In this document: piece after piece, positions 11,705-24,925 of the stretch
Numbering within the stretch: the first letter of the stretch is position 1
How the letters are laid out: each line of letters opens with the position of its first letter
Origin: Phoronis australis
Lineage: Eukaryota > Animalia > Phoronida
Length of the DNA stretch: 52,434 nucleotides
NCBI GenBank assembly: GCA_002633005.1
Contig: NMRA01000049.1
Span: 196,913-249,346, forward strand
Reading direction: 5' to 3'
Notes under the pieces: generated by a model
Seen by the model: only the letters and a program-made list of their open reading frames with translations
What the model was told of the DNA's origin: nothing
Database searches by the model: none
Program-made: the position numbers and the translations under genes

Positions 11705-13660
11705 TTACAGCTGTGATGAAACTGACAGGATAATATTGTAACAGAGGTGTTGTGTCTCACAAAGCCTTTTGTTTCATATTGAGCTATGGACAGGATGAAA
11801 GTTAGGAATTTGTTTGAAAGTGAATCCAGCTTATTGATTTTTTTACTGTTATATTCGAGAATAGTGAGATGTCTGCAGTGGATTGTGGGACAACAGTTCC
11901 ACAGCAGCAGATATCGGAATGCCATGGTTCAGCCATGGTCATTCAAGACCGCTCGAGAAGCTAACCACTTGATCACACTAGCTTCCTTCACACTCAGAGT
12001 ACAGAACTCGTCGGTCTCCCCAAAGACTAAGCAAGATGTCGCCTAGTTCGCATTTTTATCAAAGCACGTGACCGCAGTAGCTTTTTACTTGCGGGATTTT
12101 GCGTGTACAGAAGGCAGCCCGTCGGCTTGTACACTGGCGAAGTACACTGATTGAGGCCAACAGGAGGAACTGTGGTGTACCCCACCAGTCTAGAACTGTA
12201 AAAAAGTCAATGATGTTCTTTCATAACTAATCTTGTCCGTGAGCACGTGAAGGGTGTAGGCTGGAAACATCGGCAGCGGTGAGTTCCTTGCTTCACCCAC
12301 AGTGTATTGGGGTCGATCAGAAGCTGAGGTAGTAGTGTATTGGGGACGATCAGAAGCTGAGGACGCCTGTGTGTGGCTCCACCCTGACAACAGCGGTGCA
12401 TTATCAACCGCAGTAGGCCTACTATATAGGCTCATGGTCACGTGGTTGGTGAGGTGATGATTGCCACATTCCGAATGTAAAATTTATGTGGAAATAAACT
12501 CCTCAAAAACTAAAGGGACTTAATTTCTATATATTAGGTGATTTTACCGTGAGATGACTCGAAAATCTAATAGTTTTTTTACTCTAATGAAATCGGTGGC
12601 ATTTACGGCAATGGCCTGTTACGGCAGGAACAAAAGTTCATGCAAACCCTTTCAGCGACGCAATCTTATCTAACGTTTCAGAGTTGTGTTAGCCAACCGT
12701 AAAGTTGTGAATTCGAAAATGGTACATGTACGCAAAGTTAATTGTCACTTGAATTGCCTGCGAGTTGGTAACAGAAATGCCGGAATCTCATCTGGACAAT
12801 GATCGAGTAACATGAAACCGATTTTATCACAAAAGTCTACTTCAATATTCTTTTAGACCAGCTTAACAAGGCGAAATGCTGTTTTAATTGATTGTAAGAT
12901 CGAGGCATGTTGTTACGTAAGCCAACACTCTTAGTGCGGGTTAAATGGACATCAGTGGAGTACTGGTTGGGCATCATCATTGACTGATTGTAGCTTCGGA
13001 TCATGCTGTTCTCACGTTATCAGTCATCGACTCGTCTTTCGCATGTAATAACGTTTCCCGGCCGGAATTTGTTCTGCTGTCCTTTTCCGCTAGCTAAGAA
13101 ACGAAAATCAGAACTTTTTCTCTCATTAAAATCGGTTTCGTATTACTTTTTGGTTATATTCTATTTCCGTTAGCAACTGCATTAACTGAGAGCACCCGTT
13201 GCTGGAAATCATCAGCCTCTCAAAAAATGCTCCAGAGGTTTTTCTGTGTTCAGTTAGGCCAACCCTAAATAAATGCAAAATCGGGAAATTGGCGCTTGCC
13301 GATTATGCATTCCTTTCAAGGTATGGCCGAAGTCAGGAATGTCGTGACACGTACCGCCGAAGAAAAGGCCTATTTCAGCTTTAAAATACATGTATGTCGT
13401 GTCCTTCGCTTGTTGCCTTAATTTCTCACGACGAGACGGCCGCGGATCGATGACGATAGAGAGCGTCTTGGCGTAAGCCTACTTGATCGCGAGGTGTTCC
13501 GCGATGGGTACACAATATCTGGAAAATTCCCTGAAAGCAGTGAGGCACCTTTAATTTCTATGCCTGCTTGCTAGTGTCCTCAACTTCTGTGCCAGTATAT
13601 GTGGACCTACTGTAGGGGAGACGCTCAGTGAAAAGATTTGTCGTCACGTGGCAAGCTTCT

Positions 13661-13711
13661 NNNNNNNNNNNNNNNNNNNNNNNNNNNNNNNNNNNNNNNN
13701 NNNNNNNNNNN
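13661..13711. other. Assembly gap (N run)
   Basis: 51 N. Smaller N sites occur near 17006, 25597, 26540 and 41464, two of them inside poly-G/C runs. Confidence 0.99.
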
Positions 13712-16429
13712 CCCCCCCTCCCGCCTAGGCAACAACCATTTTTCCCTACTAATTGCGCATTTGCCTACTATAAATCAGTCTCCCCGGTTGTACGTGCTCC
13801 CAGTTTCTAACAATTTTGCCCACCGTCTGTACTGGTCCAAACTGACCTAGAGGGCGTGTCCTATGCGACACCCAAGGCTACCCATATCCCAGAGGATACG
13901 CTCCTGAGCGGAGACTATACTTCGTAGATTTTCCCCGTTTTTTCCGAAGTTTCTTGCGTACGGTCGCCTTGAACCAGTGTTTGACTCATGCTGTCTTTAC
14001 ACGGTCGTTAAAATTTGATTTAAGAAGTTTTTCAGCTAAAAAGTCCGGTTTCCTTCACTGCCGGTTTAACGATGGTACGTGTGACCTGAGTGTTCGTAGT
14101 ACAGTAACCTAGGCATGTTCAGATTGCCTTAATTCCCTTCATGAAACTACCCGAATGCGCGATTTCGTCCTCATCTCACGTCTGGAGGTGACATGATAAG
14201 TTATCATTCTGCTCCGTAATTTTTCTGATTAACTCGCTGCAGGAACCATGCACGAACGGATTATACCAGGCTGGCCATTAATTACTGCGACCTTAAACTC
14301 AATAGACTGAAACATTTTGTGTAAAATCGAACTTCGATTTTACACCAATGTCAAAAGTCTATGTTTTACGGGCGCAAGGCTGGCGGATCTAAGACGATTG
14401 CAAGGGGGTTGCGATCGACTGGTAAAGGGTCATGCTTGAAGAATGGTGAGTGTCCTGGGGCCCCTTACACATTGTGCCAACAAACCTTCTTCGTTCCGGC
14501 TAGTCCTACGCAGAGCCTGGGAGCCGGCACCACTCCTCTGAAGGGGTATTTGTGATACTATTCCGATGCTTTATTAACCGAATCAATATCAGTGCCACAC
14601 TTGGCTAGTTTGCTTAATTCTGTAATCGTGGATGACAGTTGTCATTTATAGTTATCTTAAACAAACAGTTAGCTTGATCAAGGTAACACCCCATCGCAGA
14701 ATCACGTCACCCGCACAAAGCACTGGAAACTTAGTGTCTGTTTAAGTGCGTTCTAGAAATTACTGATGCGCCATCATAAAGTTCTCGGTATGGATAAACG
14801 ATCAAATTACTCTGTACGTGCAGTCGCCGACAGGGACGCAACGTAACATCTAGTAGTGCTGCTAGGCACATCTAGGGCAGACCGAGTCTAGTAGTACTAG
14901 TATATATGTTTGATAAAACGACAATCGTCCCGAGTAATACAGACAGATTCAGACGTGAGAGCAACTTGAAGAGATGGCTCGGGTTCCTGTCCTCGGCGGT
15001 CGGCGGAAATATAACAAACACGAGTGACATGGATTTTGTACCGATTAGTTTCCCTTGCAGACTATCGCTGTCTGCGGTACAGGATTTCTCTTGTGCGTGA
15101 ATTAGGTTTCAAGTGAAGTTTCGCTCGACTTGAAAATTGAAACCCGTCATAATATCAGTTTCGCCCTAGGAGATCTGCCAATCCTAAATAAACTCTTTTA
15201 GGTATCTTCGCGATACATCAATGGACGTCCCGTCCCATATAGGTAGGCCTATTGCTGCGTTGGCAACTGACGGTGAACTTGTGGACGTATAACTACCCAG
15301 GACCTAATGTACGTAGTTCTTCCCTTCCTTAGCAGACAATGGCCGACAAATGAAATTCTATTTTGCCAAATTTCTCCACAAGAATTAATAAAGGTTAAGA
15401 AAACTCGAGATTAATCGCTAGTACGGTTTGTACTGTGTAGGTGTCGTAAAACAAATACGTAAATTTCCACGTATTTGCAGTAACGAAATTAGCTTTTACG
15501 GAAAAGTGGACAAATGACAAATCTGGCAATTATTTTTGTGCGGAATAGGAGTTTGGGGTCTGTTCGGAAATAAATTCGAAGTATTCGTCCTTGAAAAACA
15601 GACAGAGGAACCTAGACCTATATTGTTCAGACTTGTGATTTTTTAATTTCTAAACACACAAAACGATTGTTATCCCGGCCAGTTGCTCGGAATCCGATCA
15701 GGCCCGTCGCGGCCGCCGGGATTGGCACGAACATAAACCAGCTTGAGTTGGAAACTAAACCTTCAGTCACGAAAAGCCTATAATGGTGAGCCAAAGAAGT
15801 AATGTGCACGTAATTATTTATGTGAATTAGGCACGAAACTGAAAATCTACTTGGGGGCCGCTAAGTCGGGTTTCTCCTTAATCCCACAGACCGTCAAGGC
15901 AAAGTTGTAGAAGAACAATGATTTCAATAATGTATTTGTATTTCTAAATAAACATTCCCCTAACATGTGACCATAGCATATAAAATCGAGTAATTGTTTC
16001 ACAACAGATTTCTGTCAGCAAACACTGAATTAGCATGCGCTCGCACGGCCTCGATGCCCCGGTCAGTTACCTTCATCATGTTCGCCGGCATCAAAAGCCG
16101 GGTAACGCAGTGGTTTATTCATTGCTGGCTTCTCAACATTTGCACTCACGAGCACTCCAAGGCATTACTCATTGTATCTAATGAGACTGACTTTGTTTCA
16201 GCTTTATACAAGCATTAGTTAGGATGAGAACAATTCATTTTGAAACAGAACGCAGGATAATGCATGACAACTCGCCCGGCGCTTATCCCGACTTAGTCAA
16301 GAGCTCATCCGACGAAGACTTCACGGGTCGGATCGTTAGGTTTCACAGGCTATTAGTTCGAACCGGAATACACAGACCAAGAAATACTAGAGAGGCGCCG
16401 TGAACATGCACAGGCAACGGAACGTATGA

Positions 16430-16671
16430 GTGGTAAGCCGGAATTCGTCAGAGAAATAACTGTCGACGAAATACCGGCCACAGACACGGACTGGACGTTT
16501 CACGACCTCATACTTTCTATTAATAGCGTACCTTTCATTCTTCACTACTGCGAGCCACCTCCTAAGCATTTCGGGCTCTCGAGAAAGTCGAGAAAACGAT
16601 ATACCCGCTTTCTTCGCAGCTTCATAGTTCGGACAAGCGGGAACGATGCACCGCAATATAGCGGCATTCAC
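16430..16671 (-). pseudogene. Degenerate THAP zinc-finger coding fragment, probably derived from a DNA transposon
   Basis: CIVPAC...GISFSRL...LRRWL...VRVCGRYF matches the THAP C2CH pattern (CxVPxC, SF.RFP, W, VCSxHF), but the final Zn-ligand His is Tyr and the ORF starts at GTG. Confidence 0.65.
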
Positions 16672-17049
16672 TCTGCAGACGCCGAACCACTGACGTCGCT
16701 GCGTCGTTTCTTACCTTCCTCGTAGGTTAACACGACACCTCTCGGCAAGGTTACTGAGGTCGACCGTATAAGAGGGGATGTGGATATAGACCGATTAAGA
16801 TGGTTAAAAAGAGTAATTCATCAGTGTGGGGGAGCTCGAATTTCTGTCGATGTGGGCCTTTTGCTGAGAAAATATCGGCAGAACTAAAAAAAACCGGAGT
16901 ACTACCTTCAAAACTGTAAACTGTGCGTATTCGTCTTTTTAGAGGAGGTTTTGTTTCTCTGAGGCAGACCTTTTTGCCCACTTCACCAAATTGGGGGGGG
17001 GGGGGNNNNNNCCCCCCCCCCCCCCCTGGGTGCGCGCTTGCAAACTAAC

Positions 17050-17680
17050 TTTAATTTACGCCGTAAATAATTAATTTACGTGGGAATAAGTTAATTTACG
17101 CCGCAAAATAATCATTTTGCGTCGCTAATAATTAATTTATACCGTCATTTGCCAAGTGGGTATGATGGACCGTTGGGGGAAAGTGTCGTCGTAAATTAAG
17201 TCTTGTTATAGTGGCGTAAATTAATCATTTGCGGAGTAAATTAATTTTTGCTGCGTATAAGTAATTAGTTACAGCGTTAAATTCCGTGTGTAAGTTAATT
17301 CTTGCTAAGAGGAGGCAGTGTGGCCTGGTTGATAAGTGCCCACTTTCTTAACTCAAGGTCGTGGGTTCAAGTCCCACCAGGTCACACTGCTAAACCCTTG
17401 AGCCAGGTTTCTAGCTCCTCAGCTCGGTTTTAACCATATATTAATAAAGCATAAAAATATTTCCAGGTGATCAGTGCAATGGGCCCACATGCAAGGCCTG
17501 CGCACGTCTGGTACAACGTGTATCAGACCGCCTGCAATTATTTTTTTAATTCTTGTTAGAGGCCGTAAATTAATTATTTTGGCCAAAATTAATTATTTGT
17601 GGCGTAAAATTATTATTTTTTGGCGTAATTTTACGGCGACACTTTCCCCCAATTGCCATTCATTTGGCCAACGATACCAT
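17050..17680. repeat. Foldback-like element with about 22-bp AT-rich subrepeats and internal inverted blocks
   Basis: Units like aattaatttacgccg/gcgtaaattaat occur in both orientations. ttgggggaaagtgtcgtcgtaaa (about 17172) is inverted relative to tttacggcgacactttcccccaa (about 17630). Confidence 0.55.
17311..17545 (+). mobile_element. tRNA-derived SINE
   Basis: Pol III A-box-like TGGCCTGGTTG and B-box GGTTCAAGTCC at tRNA spacing, followed by a non-tRNA body (CCCTTGAGCCAGG...). Flanked by ttaattcttg(c/t)ta on both sides, a possible TSD. Confidence 0.6.
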
Positions 17681-18149
17681 TATACAAAAAACCGGAACTT
17701 CGAGTAGTTTTAACATGAAGATGTCACGACATCTATCGTCAGACAGGAATCCAACCAGTTTGCATCACAAGTCACGGCTGAAACCCAAACTCACCCGGAT
17801 GGTCGCCTGTAATTAAATTACGGTAGTAAAGATACTTTTCACGGCCCTTGCGTGTTTTATGAGCGTAATCGTTAGAGACATCGGTCAGTAGATGGTGAGA
17901 GCTCTGAAAACGTTGTGCGCTTGTTGTTTTCGAACGTAAATTAGGCGCCGTAAGTTACGCTCGTGTGCTTGACAAGTGTAAAACAACTTGTGAGCATACT
18001 AAAAGTAGGTGATAAGCGACGTTTGCACTGTAAAAGTTGGCACGGAGCGAATTCACACGACGCAACTATGTATTATGCAAACATAAGTTGACACACAGGA
18101 AGGAGTTGTCACCACTTATTGTCACCAGCTTTTGAGAGCGGGCAACTTT

Positions 18150-19630
18150 TTTAAAAAAATTATTGTAACAAACTGACAATTACAATACAAACGTACATGA
18201 ACATACATAAAAAATTACCAGCGTTATAGTTTTATTAAGCTCCATTTTTCGTTGTGATTTTCAAATGTACCATTGATTTTACTAATAGTAAATTCTATAT
18301 TTCTATAGTTTTTCAAAACTCTAGTGACATCAGTTGTTAACGGAATTTTGTTCGGCATTCTACATTGATAAAATTTTTGTTATTAAAACTAAAAGATTTA
18401 TACTGTTGTTACATTCGGTATTTCCAAACAGAATATCAAGGCCGTTTAAAAAATCAGTGCCAAGGAAATCATCACAAACTTTCCTCCACAACTCTCTTAC
18501 ATATTTCCATTGCACAAATAAAGGTAATATAGTCTCTCTATGCTCAAAGCAAAATGTGCATACGTCATTCTCTTGAACTTTAATTAACGTTAAAAATATA
18601 TTTGTTGTTATAATACGGGATACAATTTTGTACTGGAAATACCTTAAATATGAATCTAACATTAAAACATACGATAATCGATAAATTTAGGATCAATCAA
18701 AATCGTCAATTAGAAGTAACATTTAAATCTCTAACACACTTCTGCAGGGCACTGACCACATGCCCATTTGGGGCTTCCAAATTTCTGACAAATGTCTTCC
18801 TAAAGTTTGAGCACCCCGTTTGAGTACTGACGATATGCAATATTGGAGTCGAACTTGTCGGGAATTTTTGTTTTACATATTCAGACTGGTATAGGGTATC
18901 TAACCAAATTTGCGGAACTGACGTCACAAGCCAGTAATGGTCCAAAAAACGTACCCTTTATACCAAATTTTCTTTTCAGTGATGGTAAAATCAGAACTGT
19001 TCCATCATCATTTAATAAATCTCTCACCGTTCTTAAACCTTTCTTGCATCACTGTTGAATAAAGTCAAGTTTTATGTATGCCTTGATTCATAGGGGCTCA
19101 TTCAATATACTATAAACTGTTAATGGAACAAAACATATTACAGCCACGCCAAGGAAACATCAAGCCAGATTCTATTACCAGTAACAATGTTGAAATAGCT
19201 TCCAAAATTTAATCCCTTTTCCAGTTTGTATGTGACAGGAAAGCCATTCCAAGAATTATCAGTTTTTAGGAGACGCTTAATCCACGACAATTTTGGAGCA
19301 TGTACATAGGATTTAATATCCACTATATTTAAGCCTCCTTGTTTAATACCAGGTATAAGTTTTGTTTTACTAACTCTAGGTTTTTTATTATTTCAAATAA
19401 AATTGGAGATTTCTGAAGTGTTCCTCTGGTTCATTTATTATACAGTCATCTGGATTGGACTTTGAGAGTAACGTTGATAAGCATAATTTCTTGGTAGAGC
19501 TAATGTTTTAATTACTTTTATTTTCCCTAATAGTGTCAAGGCCCTATAACGCCAAGTTCTGAGCAAATCTTTAATTTCTAAAATTTTTGGTTTAAGATTC
19601 ACAGATGAGATATCATGGAGATCGGGCAAG
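18150..19630 (-). mobile_element. 5'-truncated, decayed non-LTR retrotransposon (L1/Tx1-like ORF2 C-terminus)
   Basis: Broken-frame peptides in the expected order: LRTWRYRALTLLGKIKVIKTLALP, KQGGLNIVDIKSYVHAPKLSWIKRLL, and the zinc-knuckle-like FQYKIVSRIITTNIFL...CTFC..ETI..LF. Multiple stops and frameshifts; AT-rich 3' tail near 18150. Confidence 0.9.
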
Positions 19631-20502
19631 TCTTTCCCTGTGAACTATGCATCTAAACGCAAAACAGGGGCAAAGTGGGTGCGATCATGTTACCTCCTCT
19701 TGCACAATAGCCAACATAAGCGGGTGTTTTTTTCACGTCATAGCCGGACTACGGACTTCCTTTGCTTTTTACTTTTTTAGTGCAAGTGCTGCGCGGACTT
19801 ACGCATTTTTTTGCCTCTAAATATACATTTTCTCTTTTTAACATGAATTGCATCTCCCGCCATTTGTAACCTTGATCGCACGCACTCCACATCCCTGCGC
19901 CTACAAAGTTCACGTCTTGCCACGGTTTGTGGTAAACGGCCGCTCGGCACCGACCATCGTGCCTCGTTTCGCAGTTTGTGCCGTGTATACGGTCTCATCT
20001 AGCAGGGCTACAGACAATAAATAATAGATACACTGACTATTATTAGCTAGTGACTATGATGAGAGTGAAGCGTGAACAGTCGCTGGGATCATTGCTGGGT
20101 GGGCTTGGTGTTTGTTCAACTAATGAAAACACATTTGGTTCTCTACTAATCATGTAGTAGGCTTACGCACATTTCAACAGGAAGGAATTACAAAGTTTTC
20201 GCACCTCGCTTTATCAGACTCGCCATCTTGGTAACATTTCATGTATGCAATGAGCTATACCAGGATAGCTCATTGATGTATGCAAGTTTATGATGGTTTC
20301 GACGTTCGAGAGAACGTTCCAGAAATTTCACTTACGCTCATAATTTATGCCCGTAAGTAAGTTCGTAATCACGAACGTTCTTTAATTTAAATCAAAATGA
20401 ACAGTCGTGAGTGACGATTGTAAAACTCGGGCGTGAAAAGTGTCTTACGACAACCGATACTTTCCGCCTGTGCCTGGTCATCTAGCGTTTAGGTGGCTAG
20501 GG

Positions 20503-21190
20503 TGGCGTAGAATGTGTTCAATATTTAATAATAAAATATTTAAATTTAACAAAAAATATTTACATTTTATACAAAATGTTGACATCGATGGCTGTGACTG
20601 GTTGTCAATTTCATGGCAGGTGTTTTTCAATCCGCATGTCCGATCAAAAATACAACTTTCCAACTGGCTAAACCCGGCGATCAGCGCCATCTTGGGCTTG
20701 GGAACGAGGCTGACCACTCTCTTGATATAAATCAATGTACTTTACCGGGAGATTTCTCGACAATCATTGACGAGAATGTCCTGCCTTGACTGCGGAACAG
20801 GGCTGTGTAACATTATCTTTTGCCAACGCTGTGCGATGGGTATCCCGCTCCCGTCGGAATCTACCACTACGTCGACGTCGAGCGCGTTAGACTTGCTGTC
20901 ACTATGGCGAGGCTGCTGGGGGTACCAAGCCCGCGTTAGTTGACCATCTTGGTATCTAACTGTACAATCAGAGCCATCGTGTCATTTTACCCTGATTCCC
21001 TCATCGAATATTATTTTTGAACATGATGGAATACAAATATTTTTGAAGTAATACGTAAATATTTTTAATATAAATATTTTCATAAAATATAAGTACTTTT
21101 GAAACAAAGTACAGATATTTTCATAAAATGTAAATGTTTTTATAAAATCAAAATATTTTAGTGTTGAATATTGCAACACATTCCACGCCA
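20503..21190. mobile_element. Non-autonomous TIR element with about 70-bp imperfect TIRs
   Basis: tggcgtagaatgtgttcaatattt... versus ...aatattgcaacacattccacgcca. TG...CA ends flanked by the direct repeat TAGGG (20498-20502 and 21191-21195). Confidence 0.6.
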
Positions 21191-21745
21191 TAGGGAATCA
21201 GCAAGTCCGAAACTTCTCTAACATCGTCCCGAGGATTGCTGATATCGCCGAACTGGCGAAAAGCTAGCATTTTTCAACATTTTTGTGGTGATTTTACTAG
21301 AAATAAAAAAGGATAGAAAGAAATACAAGTATTTATAAAAATATCTTGTATATTGGTTTCTGCTTCCCAATAGGAAGTAAGGCGGACAAGTGTACAATAT
21401 CTGTTCCTCAAATTTCTCAAAATAAATAACATTTAAAAGATTACATTGTTGTTACCATAGTTGATATAGTACAGCATTCACCACAGTTGGATAAATATTT
21501 GAGCATTTACACCAACGTAGTAAGCTTTTGAAAGCTACAAAAATACAATTTTAGCAATCATGTACCGAAACATAATCAGCCACTAACAAAGAATCAATGA
21601 AAGACGCTAAGACCATCCTTGTTCTGGTGTTGAAAACGTCAACTTTCATGATTGGCGTCCAGTCACCATAAATTGATACACAAAACCGACGAAAACGTAA
21701 TTATACTAAAATTAAAAAATATTAAGAAAGTTAAGCAAAACTTGG

Positions 21746-22432
21746 TCATATGGGTGGAAAGCTCACGCGAGGACGAAAATTATCTTCATCGATTGGTGGT
21801 TTTTCCTCTGTTTTGTTCTTCCCAATGAAATCGATTTCAATTGAAGGTAACGTGACGTGTATGCGATTAGAAATCTGCTCTGCAAATTCTTGTCGCTTCT
21901 TTTCACAGGGGGCCGACTGCTTTGCAGTTGCATTGCTTTGTGGAAAGTTAAAACTGTTCCTACGAGACGACACTCTGCTACTGACGTTCGGAAACTGTTT
22001 CTCCAAGCGACTTGTCACCTCGCGTTTTCCATTTCTCTCTAAACACTTAGCGCACAAATTTGGCCCAAGCACTTCGCAGTAATGAAAAGCTTTGTCATCG
22101 TCTTCTCTGCACGACGCAGTGGGAGTAAAATTTGTCGTCTGCAAGTGCACCAGCGACGATTTTAGCAGTGTGCGCAATTCTAAATCAGTCTTCGTGTTAT
22201 CACTGTCACGATTACTGGTTTCTGCCAATTCGTTCTGCGGTGAAGGTCCAGGGCATGGCGTTGTCTCTATAGATCTTCTTCTTAGTAACGTATCGACAAC
22301 TTGTAGCGAATTGCGAGGTGTAGTGAGAGGAGACAGGGAGCGACTACGCGTTTCTGTAGGTACATACACGGGTCGTAAAATGTCTAGTCGTGGACCATTG
22401 CTCGGCGACTTGCCGTCGTCTTTTCCCGTCAT
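21746..22432 (-). CDS. Uncharacterised 228-aa Ser/Arg/Pro-rich, probably disordered protein (single exon)
   Basis: 687-nt ATG-initiated open frame in AT-rich DNA (context aacATGa) with protein-like composition and motif content (RRRS, RRNS, Cys cluster, PSIEID, RVSF). No family recognised. Confidence 0.55.
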   Translation of the reverse strand: MTGKDDGKSPSNGPRLDILRPVYVPTETRSRSLSPLTTPRNSLQVVDTLLRRRSIETTPCPGPSPQNELAETSNRDSDNTKTDLELRTLLKSSLVHLQTTNFTPTASCREDDDKAFHYCEVLGPNLCAKCLERNGKREVTSRLEKQFPNVSSRVSSRRNSFNFPQSNATAKQSAPCEKKRQEFAEQISNRIHVTLPSIEIDFIGKNKTEEKPPIDEDNFRPRVSFPPI

Positions 22433-24925
22433 GTTAGTCGTATGAATAGGATATATGCCACTGTCAGTTCATAGTAGTCCTACTAGCAGTCTTGATATGA
22501 AGGCTTGCATGCCGCTGCAAAATGAAGAATATTCTTCAAAGAAGTGTGCATGCTGAAATTTAACCCAACGTAACGAATCAATAGAATATATATCAATAGA
22601 ATAAGCCCACTTATATCGTCTGGCCAAACAGTATTCCGATTCGTGACCAAAGCGTCTATAAACTCGCCCAGCGATACAAGACGCAACTTTTGATTTAGAC
22701 TACTTACCGTTGAGAAATTGGTCTCAAATATTCCCTTAGGGAAACAGGAGGTGAGTCCAGGGCTTTTAAAAATTGATAGTTCGTCCTTGCTTCAGTCCCG
22801 TCAACAGGCTCTACAATAGGCCCTACAAGTTGGCTTGTCACGACGTGTCCCCCAGCGCGTGTCATTTCATGAGCCGAACATGGACTCAGGAAATAATGAG
22901 CTACCATTTCTATGCAAGCCCAGAAATCACCCCTCATCTAAGTAAGGGACAAGCTGAGGCAACATTTGCAGAGCTGCAAGTGATCCACAAACTTGTCGGA
23001 CAAAACGCAAGTTTACAGACGTTAAATATTGTATTTCGTCCTGTTTAGCTGGCTAAAAAAACAGAAATCGAAATCGGCCTTTTATTCTCATAAAAATCTG
23101 CATCACAGTATTTCTTGCAATAATAAGATTCTATTTCCGTTATCAACAAGAACTTCGAATCTATAACCACCAGCGACTCGAGACGACAATTCAGAGTTTA
23201 TTTGGGCTCGACAGCCAAAATTGAGAAATTGAAAATGGCACTCATGTGACTTGAGTTGAGCCTGGAGACAGAACTGAAATAGCATTAATGCCGACTCATT
23301 GAAAGCGCAGACATCGTCACTGATGACACCTTTTTAAGTAGCCTTGTTTTGAAGCATTTTGTTCCCGACTCTTGTTTGTTACATGACATGCCTTCGTGTT
23401 GCGTGAGGTTCCGATCAGAGAAGCTGAGAATCAGTGTCCCTCCTGTCCTCGTGAAATGACACATCATATCATTGAAAGCTATTCTCTATAGGAGGGATCA
23501 CTCAATCACCGTACATCGTACATACATTCCGTGCTCTTTGAAATTAAAGTTATTTTTCCAGTGGATATTTGGACAATTACCGCTGCCCAAAAGTCACCAT
23601 ACGACTCAAATTGCTATAATCAATTGAACATCGGAGTAAATCGGACTTACAGACAGTGATATTTTTACAAGTCTTTAGTTCGAGAAGTTGAGGCATAAGA
23701 CTAATCAACACGATTTGGTTACATAAACACGTCACGAGTATACGACAGTCCCGACACATTAAAAACATTTACTTACCACTGCTAAAGTTTCAATTCGTAG
23801 ATAAATTACACGAATGCGGTACTCAAGTATTCATGTTTTCATAAATTCGGAAGCACTGGGTCAGTGAAAGTGAACAAAAATACAAAGACCAGTCCAGTGC
23901 AAGTCGTATCACCATTCAGTTGCCTGCTACCCGTGGACGTAGCTACGATCTAAATATAACTCGAACCTTGATAGAAGTTAATCCCCGTGCAATTAAATTA
24001 CTATTCGACTATTATTTGATTGCTGTAATTGCGGCGAATGCTCTCTCAGCTTGAGTCATGCGGCGGACGGCGTATTGTGCCTACGGCTTGACCATAATAA
24101 ACACGTCAATAGCGCCTCCGCGCGCAACAATAAACACACTACTTGGAATAAATTGCTAAGAACTTTTCAATAGCGCAGCCATCCATGTACGTAAGCAAAG
24201 CCAATTTACGTTGGAAGATTACGTAATCAAGACTTGAAGCACTGACAACAACACGGGGACCAGTTGTTTATTTACGTATATCCGGATCCAAAACTGATGA
24301 GCATTACATGACATTGAAATGAACATTATAAAATTCAATAATGATCAATATATTTTCTTTGCCAAAAATATTGAATGTAGGTGTTTGTGTTGGTTAAACG
24401 TGTACCAAATGATTCAATTTCCAAGTTCACGTTTCGCACGAGCAATCGTGAAATCTCGATCCTTTCAAAGACGAACAGATAAATATCTCTAAGATCTCTG
24501 CTTGTAATCATACTAGTCAGGTATTTTATTCTACCATAGACTTCTACAAGTATAATACAAGTCCATGATTCTACATACAACGACAACGTGAATGCACGCA
24601 TAAAAGAAAATTTTACTAGTTTTGTTTGGTAGACAAATGAAAAGGGGGATATTCCCACGGATATAGCTCGATGGACGTGTTTACGACGATTGTCACACTT
24701 CGCATCGCTGATCGGCCCATGCGAACTCTCAGCTATGGTCCCTATCGCGCGCTATAACGCGTATACTACTGCACCAGAATTTTGTTCTTGTGGAAGTCGC
24801 GCCTTCAGTAGGTTGAGCATGGTGAATGATGTGAGTTTTGAATAAACCATACTAGGCAAATTCTGTAAGCAGGAAACATTTTCGCATTCATATAGAAGGT
24901 TCGCTTGAGCACAGTTTTGCATTTG

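Noticed and set aside
17311-17385. Functional tRNA gene
   Set aside because: A/B boxes are present but I could not form a convincing acceptor or anticodon stem, and it continues into a SINE-like body.
21750-22445. Plus-strand 110- and 117-aa ORFs
   Set aside because: Antisense shadows of the 228-aa minus-strand ORF.
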